DNA from: an uncultured Actinomycetota bacterium
Lineage (GTDB): Bacteria; Actinomycetota; Actinomycetes; BP-191
NCBI GenBank assembly: GCA_963765815.1
Contig: CAVXXT010000008.1
Location: 178,666-242,665, forward strand
Direction of reading: 5' to 3'
DNA length: 64,000 bases
Shown here piece after piece: positions 51,688-61,544 of the stretch; the stretch's first letter is position 1; each line of letters begins with the position of its first letter. Made by a program: the position numbers and the translations under genes. The notes under the pieces are model-generated. The model worked only from the letters and a program-made list of their open reading frames with translations, did no database searches and was not told where the DNA came from.

Positions 51688-52890
51688 TCAGTCGTCGATC
51701 ACGTCGTCCGGCAGGGCGGCCAGGACGATCTGCACGGCGTCGTCGACCGAGCCGGTGCTGGTGTCGACGACCACCTCGGCGTCGGTCGGCGCCTCGTAGG
51801 GGTCGCTCACCCCGGTGAAGCCGGGCAGCCCGCCGGCCCGCGCCTTGGCGTAGAGGCCCTTGCGGTCGCGCGCCTCGCACACCTCGATCGGAGTCGCGAC
51901 GTGCACGAGCACGAAGCGGGCGCCGACCTCCGCCGCCATCGCGCGCACCGCGGCGCGCGCGGCGGCGTACGGCGCGATCGGGCAGGCCACCGCGATGCCG
52001 CCGTGCCGCGCTACCTCGACCGCGGTCCAGCCGATCCGGCGCACGTTGATGTCGCGGTGCTCCGCGGAGAAGCCGAGCTCGCTCGACAGGTGCCGGCGTA
52101 CTACGTCGCCGTCGAGCAGTGTCACCGTGCGCCCAGACTCGACCAGCCGCGCCGTCACCGACCGGGCGATCGTCGACTTGCCCGACCCGGAGAGCCCGGT
52201 GAAGAGGACCACCAGCCCGCCGCTGTCCGGCCGGGCGGCCGGCGCCGACTCGACGTCCATGTGCCGGTCGCCGTACGACGCGGCCACCTGCTCGCGCAGC
52301 CGCGGCGTGCCGGCGTCGGGCACCGCCACCGCGCGCACCCGCTCTGCGCCGAGCTGCTCCCCGAGCAGCGCGGCCGAGACGCGCAGGTCGTCGGCGCGCG
52401 CGTACCAGCTCGAGTCGGTCACGTCGTGCGGCCCGAGCAGGCCGAGCAGGACGACACACGAGCCTTCGGCGGCCATCGTCCGCAGCACGCCCGCACCGCG
52501 CTCGGTCAGCGCCCCGGCGTACGCCGTCACGACGTGCCGGCCCGCGGCCCACGCCCGGATCTCCGCCGGGGTGGCGCGCAGGTCGGCGGCGTCGACGTGG
52601 CCGACCGACTCGACCCGCACCCACGTGCCGGACGCGCCGTCGTCGCCCACCGACTCCACCCGCAGCCCCGCGACCACGACGCCCTCGGGATCGGCGAGGG
52701 CGACGGTCGCCGCGACCTCGACGTCACCGAGGGGCAGCGGCTGCGGGGGCAGCGAACCGGCGAGCACCAGCTCGACCAGGCCGAGCTCGCGCGGGCCGAG
52801 CACGCGCTGCGGCCAGGCGGCGGCCTCAACGGGAGTCGCGGTCTCGAGCACGTGCCGCAGCGTAGCGACCGGCACGTAGGCTTCCCGCAT
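51688..52890 (-). CDS. cysC: Adenylyl-sulfate kinase with N-terminal ATP-sulfurylase-like (apparently degenerate) domain
   Basis: ATG 52890 (frame-checked; an alternative GTG lies at 52875). The C-terminal half has LFTGLSGSGKSTIA and LDGDVVR. No HxxH motif is seen in the N-terminal half. Confidence 0.8.
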   Translation of the reverse strand: MREAYVPVATLRHVLETATPVEAAAWPQRVLGPRELGLVELVLAGSLPPQPLPLGDVEVAATVALADPEGVVVAGLRVESVGDDGASGTWVRVESVGHVDAADLRATPAEIRAWAAGRHVVTAYAGALTERGAGVLRTMAAEGSCVVLLGLLGPHDVTDSSWYARADDLRVSAALLGEQLGAERVRAVAVPDAGTPRLREQVAASYGDRHMDVESAPAARPDSGGLVVLFTGLSGSGKSTIARSVTARLVESGRTVTLLDGDVVRRHLSSELGFSAEHRDINVRRIGWTAVEVARHGGIAVACPIAPYAAARAAVRAMAAEVGARFVLVHVATPIEVCEARDRKGLYAKARAGGLPGFTGVSDPYEAPTDAEVVVDTSTGSVDDAVQIVLAALPDDVIDD

Positions 52891-53794
52891 GGTCACGACG
52901 TACGAGCTGTCGCACCTCGACGCGCTCGAGGCGGAGTCGGTGCACATCGTGCGCGAGGTCGCCGCCGAGTTCGAGCGCCCGTGCCTGCTGTTCTCCGGCG
53001 GCAAGGACTCGATCGTCATGCTCCGGCTCGCCGAGAAGGCGTTCTGGCCGGCCGGCATCCCCTTCGCCGTCATGCACGTCGACACCGGTCACAACTTCCC
53101 CGAGGTGCTGGCCTTCCGCGACAAGCGGGTCGCCGAGCTCGGCGTCCGCCTGGTCGTCGCCAGCGTCGAGGACTCGATCGCCAAGGGCCGGGTCCGTGAG
53201 CGCCCCGACGGCGTGCGCAACCCGCTGCAGACGGTCACCCTGCTCGACGCGATCAACGAGCACCGGTACGACGCGGTCTTCGGCGGCGCCCGTCGTGACG
53301 AGGAGAAGGCGCGGGCGAAGGAGCGGGTCTTCTCCTTCCGCGACGAGTTCGGCCAGTGGGACCCGAAGAACCAGCGTCCCGAGCTGTGGTCGCTCTACAA
53401 CGGCCGGCACTTCCCGGGCGAGCACATCCGGGTCTTCCCGCTGTCCAACTGGACCGAGCTCGACATCTGGCACTACCTCGCGCGCGAGCAGCTCGAGATC
53501 CCGTCGATCTACTTCGCCCATCACCGCGAGGTGTTCCTCCGCGACGGCATGTGGTTCGCGGTCGGCGAGCACACGCCGCCGCGCGACGGCGAGGAGGTCG
53601 AGACGCGGATGGTGCGCTACCGCACCGTCGGCGACATGACCTGCACCGGCGCCGTCGAGTCCACCGCTGCGTCGTACGACGACGTCGTGGTCGAGGTCGC
53701 GACCGCGCGCACCACCGAGCGCGGCGCGAGCCGCGCCGACGACCGGATGAGCGAGGCCGCGATGGAGGACCGCAAGCGCCAGGGCTACTTCTAG
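52889..53794 (+). CDS. cysD: Sulfate adenylyltransferase subunit 2
   Basis: 301 aa. ...LSHLDALEAESVHIVREVAAEFERPCLLFSGGKDS (PP-loop)... Confidence 0.95.
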   Translation: MVTTYELSHLDALEAESVHIVREVAAEFERPCLLFSGGKDSIVMLRLAEKAFWPAGIPFAVMHVDTGHNFPEVLAFRDKRVAELGVRLVVASVEDSIAKGRVRERPDGVRNPLQTVTLLDAINEHRYDAVFGGARRDEEKARAKERVFSFRDEFGQWDPKNQRPELWSLYNGRHFPGEHIRVFPLSNWTELDIWHYLAREQLEIPSIYFAHHREVFLRDGMWFAVGEHTPPRDGEEVETRMVRYRTVGDMTCTGAVESTAASYDDVVVEVATARTTERGASRADDRMSEAAMEDRKRQGYF

Positions 53795-53807
53795 TCCTCG
53801 CCCGAGC

Positions 53808-54929
53808 TCAGCTCTCCTGGACCAGCTGCCAGGTGGCGCCGCCGTCGGCGGTGACCAGGCCACGCAGCTGTGACCCCCACGCGACCAGGCCGAACCCGCG
53901 GCCCGCGGTCGAGAAGCCGACGCCGAGCCAGCCGTCGTGCTCGATCTCCGCCGAGACGCACGGCGTCGCGGTCCACGTGCGGCCGCCGTCGCGCGACCGG
54001 CGCAGCTCGCCCTCGGGGCAACCGCCCTTGCTGATCGCCACCAGCAGCTCGTCGCCGACGCGGTCCAGCGACAGCAGCCGCCCGGCCCCGCCCAGCCCGT
54101 CCGCGCCGGGCGCCACGCCGCGCGCCGAGCGGGTCATGGCCGTCCACGACGCGCCGCCGTTCGTCGTCCGGTAGACCCCACGCGCCTGCCCGGCGCTCGT
54201 CACGTCGCCCTCGCAGGTGACGATCGCCTCGCTGGTCGACACCGCGACGACGCGGCGCGGCGGACTCGCTGTGCCGCCGCAGGGCGTGCTGGTCGGCGTC
54301 AGGCTCGTCCCGCCGCCGGTCACGCGAGCGATGCCCGCCGGTATGCGGGTGACCGCCCAGCCGTCGTTCTCGGTGACCAGGTCGAGATCGATCACCGGTC
54401 TCGCGGGGCTGGCGATCGGGTGCCACGACGCCCCGGCGTCCGACGTGTTCCACGCACCGACCTTGCAGTTCTTCGTCCAGCCGACGACCGTCCCGTGCCG
54501 CGCATCGGCGAAGGACATCGCGGTCAGCCCGATCAGCGGCACGTCGAGCCGCAGCCAGCTGCGGCCGGCGTTCGCGGTCGCCAGCAGCGCGGGCGCCGGC
54601 CGGACGCACGAGAGGTCGACCGGCGCGCGGTAGACGACGTCGTCGTTGACCACGTCGAGCAGCCAGGTGTCCGGCGGGGGCGGACCAGTCGGCCGCACCC
54701 CCGTCACCGACGACTCCGACGGCACCGGCAGCAGGCCGGAGATCGTCACCCGCGGCCGCGGTGCGCCGACGACGGCGGCGGGCGGCGCTTTCTCGATCGT
54801 CAGCGCGATGACCAGATGACGCACCGCCCAGCCGGCGAGGGCGAGGACGGCCAGGTTCAGCACGATCCGGCCCCACCGGCTCCGGTCGCGCAGCGCGCGC
54901 CTCGCGGAGCGCCGCAGGTCGGTGGGCAC
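53808..54929 (-). CDS. Membrane-anchored BNR/Asp-box beta-propeller protein (copy 2)
   Basis: 373 aa with a TM anchor. Asp-box-like repeats are TANAGRSW, TSDAGASW, TTNGGASW, SRDGGRTW and TADGGATW. Confidence 0.7.
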   Translation of the reverse strand: MPTDLRRSARRALRDRSRWGRIVLNLAVLALAGWAVRHLVIALTIEKAPPAAVVGAPRPRVTISGLLPVPSESSVTGVRPTGPPPPDTWLLDVVNDDVVYRAPVDLSCVRPAPALLATANAGRSWLRLDVPLIGLTAMSFADARHGTVVGWTKNCKVGAWNTSDAGASWHPIASPARPVIDLDLVTENDGWAVTRIPAGIARVTGGGTSLTPTSTPCGGTASPPRRVVAVSTSEAIVTCEGDVTSAGQARGVYRTTNGGASWTAMTRSARGVAPGADGLGGAGRLLSLDRVGDELLVAISKGGCPEGELRRSRDGGRTWTATPCVSAEIEHDGWLGVGFSTAGRGFGLVAWGSQLRGLVTADGGATWQLVQES

Positions 54930-54949
54930 AGGGGGCGTCGGCAGGGCGA

Positions 54950-56658
54950 CTAGTCCTCGGACCGGGGGAGAGGCTCTCCCACCCGGGAGCGAACTCGCCG
55001 GGAGCCAGCTGCTCCGCCGCCGCGCGGCGCATCCAGCGGCTGCGCTGCGCCTGCACGGTCTTGAACGCGCGCTCGGACACGTTGGGGTCGATCTCGCGCA
55101 GGCCGCGCGATCCCACTCGGGGCTTCGGCGCGGGTGCGGGCGGCGGTGGCGTCAGCTCGGGCGCCGCCACGACCCGGGTCATCGCCGACGGCGCGCGCAC
55201 GGGTACGGCGGGCGGGTCGACGACCGCGGCGGCCACCTTGCGGTCCGCGCTGCGCCGCCGCGGGGTCGCCGGCGTGATGACGTCGCGGGTGACTGAGATC
55301 TCCTCCGGCTGCCCGCGGAAATACGCGTAGTTGTCGGCGTAGCTGTCGCCGCCGCGGTCCTGTGCGAAGTTCAGGCTCGGGCCGAGCAGCCGCGCGCCGA
55401 CCGTGGTCAGCAGCTGGCGGGAGCGGCGCAGCTGGTCGCGCGACGTCTTGCCGCTGCGCACGACCAGGATCACGCCGCTGACCGACGCCGCGAGGATCGC
55501 CGCGTCGGTGACCGGCAGCAGCGGCGGGGTGTCGAACAGCACGACGTCGTACCGCGCCTCGAGGCCCGCGATGACCTCGAGCATGCCCTGCGAGCCGAGC
55601 ACCTCGCTCGGGTTCGGCGGCAGCGGGCCGGTGGCCAGCACGTCGAGCCGGCCGCCCTGCCAGCTCTGGATCGCGTCGTCGAGCGGGGTCAGGCCGAGCA
55701 GCACGCTGGTGAGCCCGACCGCCGGCTCGACGCCGAGGTAGTCCTCGAGCGACGGGCTGCGCAGGTCGGCGTCGACCAGGCAGACCCGCTGCCCGCCGTC
55801 GGCGAACGTGACCGCGAGGTTGCACGCCATCCGCGACTTGCCCTCGCTCGGCACCGAGCTGGTGACGACGAGGGAGCGCACCGGGTCGTCCACGCCGAGG
55901 AACGACACGTTGGTCCGCAGCTGCCGGTACTGCTCGGCGACCCTCGACCGCGGGTTGCTCACCGAGACCAGCCGGCTCGCCGCCGCCTCGCCGTCGAAGC
56001 TGATGTGGCCGATGACGCCGGCGCCCTCGAGCACGCCGATCAGGTCCTCCTCGTTCTTCACGCTCTGGTCGAGCAGGTCGGCGATGAAGGCGAACGCGGT
56101 GCCGACGAGCAGGCCGAGCAGGACCGCGAGGGTGATGTTGACCCGGGTGCGCGGGACGAACGGCTCCACCGGCAGCGACGCCGGCTCGATGACGCTGACC
56201 GTGACCGGTGACTGATCGGCCGCCCGCGGGCTCTCGATCTGGTCGACGATGCCGGGGAAGATCTCCCCGACCGCCTTCGCGACCGCCTGCGCGCGGACCG
56301 GGCTGACGTCGACGACGGAGACGTCCATGAGGGTCGTCTCCGCCCGCTGCCGGGCGCGCAGGATCGGGGTGCCGGGAAGGCCGAGGGTGCCCACCGCGTC
56401 GAGGACCGGGTCCTTCACCCGGCGGGTGCCGACCAGGTCGGCGTAGCTGCTGACGCGCTGCTCGGAGAGCTGGCCGCTCTGGATGGCGTTGCCGACGTCG
56501 GTGGAGCCCTGACCGGAGATGAACAGCGTGAGCGTCGAGCGGTAGAGGCGGGTCTGCTGCGCCGAGTAGAACGCGGCCGAGCCGACGCACACGAGCAGCA
56601 CCAGGGCCAGCCAGCGCCAGCGCTTGATCAGGATCTTCAGGTAGCTCTGGATCTCCAC
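54950..56658 (-). CDS. Polysaccharide co-polymerase / BY tyrosine autokinase, copy 2 (3' end unresolved)
   Basis: GTG 56658. Walker A SSVPSEGKSRMACNLA, A' VCLVDADLRSP, B VVLFDTPPLL, Tyr-rich DSYADNYAYF. The reading frame has no stop until 53791 and runs through the next gene. The end at 54950 is taken from a stop in another frame. Confidence 0.75.
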
Positions 56659-56701
56659 GTGGCCCTCTCGGCGCAGATGAGGCGCCCAGGATATCCGCGG
56701 G

Positions 56702-57807
56702 TCAGCGCGGGAGGTCGTGGCAGCGGGCGGCCTCGGCGCGGATCCGCTCGATGAAGCGCTCTTCCGAGAACGTCTCGGCGTGTGTGCGGATGGCGTCGGC
56801 GTCCCAGGTGGCGTGGTCGGCCTCGACGATGGCCTTGGCGAAGCTGTCCGGGCTCGCAGCGTCGGAGAACAGGCCGCTGCTGCCCTCGTCGATCGTGTCG
56901 AGGTAGCCGCCGCTGCGCAGTGCGACCACCGGCACGCCGAACGTGTTCGCCTCGAGCGGGGTCAGGCCGAAGTCCTCGTACGACGGCGCCAGCACCAGCC
57001 GCGCGTTGCGGTAGAGCCAGCGCAGCTGCCGTCGTCGCGCACCCGGCTCAGCATGGTGATCCGCGGCGTGGCCTGCGCGCGCAGCTCGCCCTCCAGCGGC
57101 CCGCTGCCGACGACGACGAGCCGGTTGCCGGTCGCCTCGGCGGCGGCGATGGCGACGTCGACGTTCTTGTACGGCATCAGCCGGCTCACCACGAGCAGGT
57201 AGCCGCGCTCCAGGCCCGGCACCGGGTCCTCGGGCCCCTCGGCGCGCAGGGCCGGCGGCGGCGGCACGATCGTCGCGCCTCGATGCCGTAGATGGCCCAG
57301 ATCGCGTCGCGCACGGCGCGTGAGTTGCAGAGGTAGCCCGCCGCCCGGCACGCGCTGCGCCGGTCCCACTCGCGCAGCACCGGGCCGAGTGTGGCGAGCG
57401 CCGGCCCGCGCCGCGCGCCCGGGATCGCGGCCGAGGTACTGCCGCGGCTGGTAGAGCCACCGGGCCGGCGCGTGGCAGTAGACGAGCTTGACGCGCGCGT
57501 CGGTGCGGACGCCGTGCGCCCAGCCGCTCGCTGCTGCAGAGACCAGGTCCGCGTCGTCGATGCGGCAGGCCGGGCCAACGTCGGCGCGTAGAAGGGCAGC
57601 GCGAGGCGGTGGTCCCGGCGCAGTCGGGCCTGGCGATTGAGCGCAGCTCGGCCGCACGTCGACGTCGCGGAACTCGGGGAACGTCTCGCCCGGCTCGTAC
57701 AGCGACGTGTAGAGCGGCGCGTCGGGGAACGCGCGGGACAGCGACAGCGCGACCCGCTCCGCGCCGCCCAGCTGGGTCAGGTAGTCGTGGACCAGCGCGA
57801 CCCTCAT
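56702..57807 (-). pseudogene. Family 4 glycosyltransferase with multiple frameshifts
   Basis: Conserved GT4 segments lie in all three frames: MRVALVHDYLTQLGGAERV..., LNRQARLRRDHRLALPFYAP, SGWAHGVRTDARVKLVYCHAPARWLYQP, LREWDRRSA...NSRAVRDAIWAIYGIEA, LLVVSRLMPYKNVD... and LRWLYRNARLVLAPSYEDFGLTPLEA... Confidence 0.65.
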
Positions 57808-58933
57808 CGCGCCGCCAGGACGGCGTCGTACACGGCGCGCAACTGCGGCGCGATCGCCGCGGCGGTGTAGCGCTCGGCGGTGGTGACCGCCGCGTCGCCG
57901 AGCCGAGCGCAGAGGTCCGGGTCGTCGGCGAGCCGGCGCAGCGCGGCCGCCAGCGCGGGCGACGTCACCGGGCGGGACGAGCAGCCCGTCGACACCGTCG
58001 GTGACGACCTCGGCGGGGCCGCCGACCGTCGAGGTGACGACCGCGGCGCCGGCGGCCATCGCCTCGACGCACGACCTGGCCGAAGGGCTCGGGGATGACC
58101 GAGCAGTGGACGAGCGACGTCGAGCTCGGCGAGCTCGCCGGCACGTCGGCCGCGGAAGCCGCGGAAGTCACCCGGTCGGCGATGCCGAGCCGGTCGGCGT
58201 CGGCGCGCAGCCGGGCCGCGTAGTCGTCCTCGCCGAAGAGCGGCTCGCCGTGCAGCACCAGCCGCTCGGGGTCGCCGGACCCGCCGAACGCCTCCCCGAA
58301 CGCCGCCAGCAGCACGTGCTGACCCTTCCACGGTGCGAGGCGGCCCATGCCCCCGACCACGATCGGACGCCCGGTACCTCTCGCTCGGCGCCATGCGGGA
58401 CGACCGCTCCCACGCTCGGAATCGCCGTGCCGGGGCGCCGTCGCAGCTCCAGCGTGGCCAGCGCGATCCGGGAGCAGGCGATGACGGCGTCGGGGACCCG
58501 GTCCGCCATCCGCCGCGGCACGGAGGCCGTCCGGGCCGGCAGGTAGTCGGCGGCGAGCCGGTCGTGCTGGTGCCACACGACGGGTACGCCGGCCAGCCGC
58601 GCAGCGACGCCGCCGTACAGGTTGGCCTTGAGCGAGTTGGTGTGCACGAGGTCCGGCCGCAGCTCGCGCAGCCGCCGGGCCAGCCGCCGAGTCGCCGGGG
58701 CGACCGCGAGCGCCGCGGCCGGGCCGGCGCCGCTCTCGCGGGACCGTCGGCCGGCGGCGCCGAGCGGCAGCACCTCGACGCTGATGCCGGCCCGCCGCAG
58801 CTCGCCGACGAGCGGGCCGTCGGCGCCGAGGATCACGTGCGCGTCGACGTCGTCGAGCGCCGGGATGAGCCGCAGCAGCGCCAGCTCGGCACCGGAGAGC
58901 ACGGCGCGTGTGGTCGACGTACACGACCTTCAG
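57804..58933 (-). pseudogene. Family 4 glycosyltransferase with multiple frameshifts
   Basis: The segments KVVYVDHT, LSGAELALLRLIPALDD...LVHTNSLKANLYGG, MGRLAPWKGQHVLL..., LVHCSVIPEPFGQVV, MAAGAAVVTSTVGGPAEVV... and ...LRRLADDPDLCARLG...AVYDAVLAAR alternate between frames. The expected start position reads CTG. Confidence 0.6.
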
Positions 58934-60085
58934 CCGCCGACCCGCGGGCGCTCCGCCGGCCGCGGCCGCGCGGTAGACCTCGAGGTGCCGCCCGACGACC
59001 GACGGCCAGGCGAAGCGCTCGCTCGCCGCGCGGCACGCCGCGCGGGTCGGCAGCGGCTGCGCGCCGGAGAACGCACCGGTCAGCCGGCGCGCCAGGGCGC
59101 CGACGTCCCCGGGTGGCACCAGCAGGTCGGCGGGCAGCCCGTGCAGCGCGTCCGGCAGTCCGCCGAGGTCGCTCGCGACGACCGGCGTACCGCAGGCGAG
59201 TGCCTCGACGGCGACCAGGCCGAACCCCTCGAGCGCGACCGTCGGCACGACGACGACGTCCGCGCCGCGGTAGCAGTCGGCGAGCGACGCGTCGCCGTCG
59301 ACCCGGCCGACCAGCTGCACCCGGCCGGTGAGGCCGAGCTCGGCGACCAGCCGCTCGAGTCGCCCGCGCTCCGGGCCGTCGCCGGCGATGACCAGGCGCG
59401 CGTCGTCCGGCGTCACCTCCGGCCATGCGCGCACCAGCACGTCGAGACCCATGCGCGGCACGAGGCGGCGAACGGTGAACGCGGTCGGCACGTCGGCCGT
59501 CCAGCCGAGTCGCCGTCGCGCGGCGTCCCGGTCGCCAGGGGCGAAGGCGTCGCGGTCGACGCCGGGCGGGATCACCTCGACGCGGTGCGCCGCGACGCCG
59601 TACTCCTCGACCAGCAGGTCGCGGAACGCCGCCGACAGGACGACGACGCGCGCCGCCCGGCGGTAGACAGCCCGCTCGACCCGGCGCTTCACGGCGAGGC
59701 CGAGCTGCCCGCTGGTGCCGGCCGCGGCGCTCTCGGCGGACCAGGGCCCGTGGAAGTGCACGACGAGCGGGCGGCCGCGCAGACCGCCGAGCACCACCGG
59801 TCCCAGTGCGGACAGCGCGAAGTGCGCGTCCACGACGTCGGCGTACGCCGATGCCGTCGCGCGCGACCACGCGCGAAGCCGCGCGGGGAGTGGGCGCGCG
59901 GTCGAGCCGACCGAGGTGACGCCGGCGGGTGCGGCCCGGAGCTCGCCCTCGACCAGCGTCGCCGACGTCGCGCCTGCACGAACCAGCTCGCGGTGCAGGT
60001 CGGCGACGTAGCGGTTCAGCCCGCCGGGCGCGACGCCCTGCCACTCGAGGCCGAGCAGGACGACCGAGGGATCAGGCCGGGTCAT
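58931..60085 (-). CDS. Family 4 glycosyltransferase (3' end uncertain)
   Basis: MTRPDPSVVLLGLEWQGVAPGGLNRYV...VRRLVPRMGLDVL...VVPTVALEGFGLVAVEALACGTPVV. There is no in-frame stop before the ORF runs into the next gene. Confidence 0.65.
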
Positions 60086-61544
60086 CGTCGAGGTGGCAGT
60101 ACCGCCGGTCGAGCCAGCCCATCGCCAGCCACGGCAGCGGGGCGACGGCGTAGTTGCCGCCGGTGAACCAGCCGAGCAGCGTGCCCAGCATCAGGGCGAG
60201 CGCGGCGAAGGGCAGCAGGCCGCCCTCGCGCCCGGCCAGCCGGATCGCCCGGGTCATCGCGACGCTCGTGAGCAGCAGGAACGCCGCCATCCCCGGGTAG
60301 CCCCACGCGACCGCCACGTTGCTCACGTCCGCCTCGGTGACCGTCTGGGCCCCCGTGCCGCTGTCGCCGCCGAACGTGCTCGACGCGATCGTGGTGGCAC
60401 CGCTGCCGACGCCGAGCGGGTGGATCGGCAGGTAGTGCAGCCCGACGAAGATGAGCGATGCGTGCTGGTCCGCCGTCGACGACTCGTTGTCGAACGGGTT
60501 GGCCAGTCCGTCGATCTGGTGCCGGAGCAGGTTCCCGGTCTTCGAGCCCGTGTCGTAGCGCTGGGTCGGCCGGACCATCGTGGCGACGAAGGTCACGAGA
60601 ACCAGGCCGCATGCGCCCATCGCGATGGCGCCGAACACCCCCAGCTTGAGCCGGATCGCGGCGAGCACCCCGAGCATGAGGAAGAGGATGAACACCGCGC
60701 CGCGGATCGACTCGAGGATCAGCGCCCAGAACAGCACTGTCGCCAGCACGACCGCGATCGACTGGAACCGCGGGATGAGGATGACCCACAGCACGATGCA
60801 GATCGCGAGGAACGTGCCGTACTCCGCGGCCGACACGAATGACGCGAACGGCCGGATCGTGCCGCCGACGCTGAGCGACGAGTAGCCGAAGTTGTCGATC
60901 CACTTGGTGTCCCACGACGGGAAGCCGGCGTAGGTCTGGATCAGCCCGTAGCCGCCGACGACGACGCCGATGACGGCCAGCATGACGACGATCCGGGTGA
61001 ACATCCGGTCGTCGACGTACGCGCGAGCCACCCAGAACCACAGCACCGGGACCAGGGTGAAGAGCAGCCCGCTGATCCCGATGGTGACCTTGCCCTGGAT
61101 CGGGTTGAACGCGCCGAGCAGGATGATGTAGCACATCGCCAGCACGGCGTTGGAGAGCAGGCCGAGCCGCGCGAACGCGCCGCTGCGGATCCCGGCGACG
61201 ATTAGGATGCCGACGACGAGCGGCGCGACGAGCAGCAGCGGGTCGCGCTCCGGCGCCGACGTGGTCGACGCCAGCCGCCGGAACATCCCGAGGAACGGCA
61301 GGAACGCGAGCAGCACCACCATGACCTGGCGCGGCCGGGTTAGGCCGACGATGACGACCGGCAGGACCAGGGCCGCGGCGACGAACGGCCGGACGTGCGC
61401 AGGCCGTGACGCCACCGCGCCGAGGTAGCGAGCGACGTAGAACGCGGCGTAGGCGAGCAGGCCGCGCGCCACCCAGGGCTTGAGGTCGTTCCACCGCATC
61501 GCGCGCGCGGCGCGCGCCGCGAACGCCGTGGTCACGGTGGTCAT
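60072..61544 (-). CDS. O-antigen ligase / polymerase-like polytopic membrane protein (Wzy_C-like)
   Basis: ATG 61544 overlaps the upstream stop (ATGA) and is frame-checked. 490 aa with more than 10 TM helices and a large periplasm-side loop, in a GT operon context. Confidence 0.6.
   Translation of the reverse strand: MTTVTTAFAARAARAMRWNDLKPWVARGLLAYAAFYVARYLGAVASRPAHVRPFVAAALVLPVVIVGLTRPRQVMVVLLAFLPFLGMFRRLASTTSAPERDPLLLVAPLVVGILIVAGIRSGAFARLGLLSNAVLAMCYIILLGAFNPIQGKVTIGISGLLFTLVPVLWFWVARAYVDDRMFTRIVVMLAVIGVVVGGYGLIQTYAGFPSWDTKWIDNFGYSSLSVGGTIRPFASFVSAAEYGTFLAICIVLWVILIPRFQSIAVVLATVLFWALILESIRGAVFILFLMLGVLAAIRLKLGVFGAIAMGACGLVLVTFVATMVRPTQRYDTGSKTGNLLRHQIDGLANPFDNESSTADQHASLIFVGLHYLPIHPLGVGSGATTIASSTFGGDSGTGAQTVTEADVSNVAVAWGYPGMAAFLLLTSVAMTRAIRLAGREGGLLPFAALALMLGTLLGWFTGGNYAVAPLPWLAMGWLDRRYCHLDDDPA

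Noticed and set aside
53791-56658. 955-aa ORF suggesting a BY-kinase fused to a very long C-terminal extension
   Set aside because: Beyond ~54950 the translation is Arg/Ala/Gly-rich shadow sequence of the propeller gene (53808-54929), which is read convincingly in another frame. The lack of a stop is treated as an unresolved 3' end, not a real fusion.
57965-60085. 706-aa ORF suggesting a double-length glycosyltransferase
   Set aside because: Only the first ~385 aa and one short internal block read as GT4 sequence. The remainder is RRRA-type shadow sequence, and the second GT4's motifs are found scattered over the other frames.
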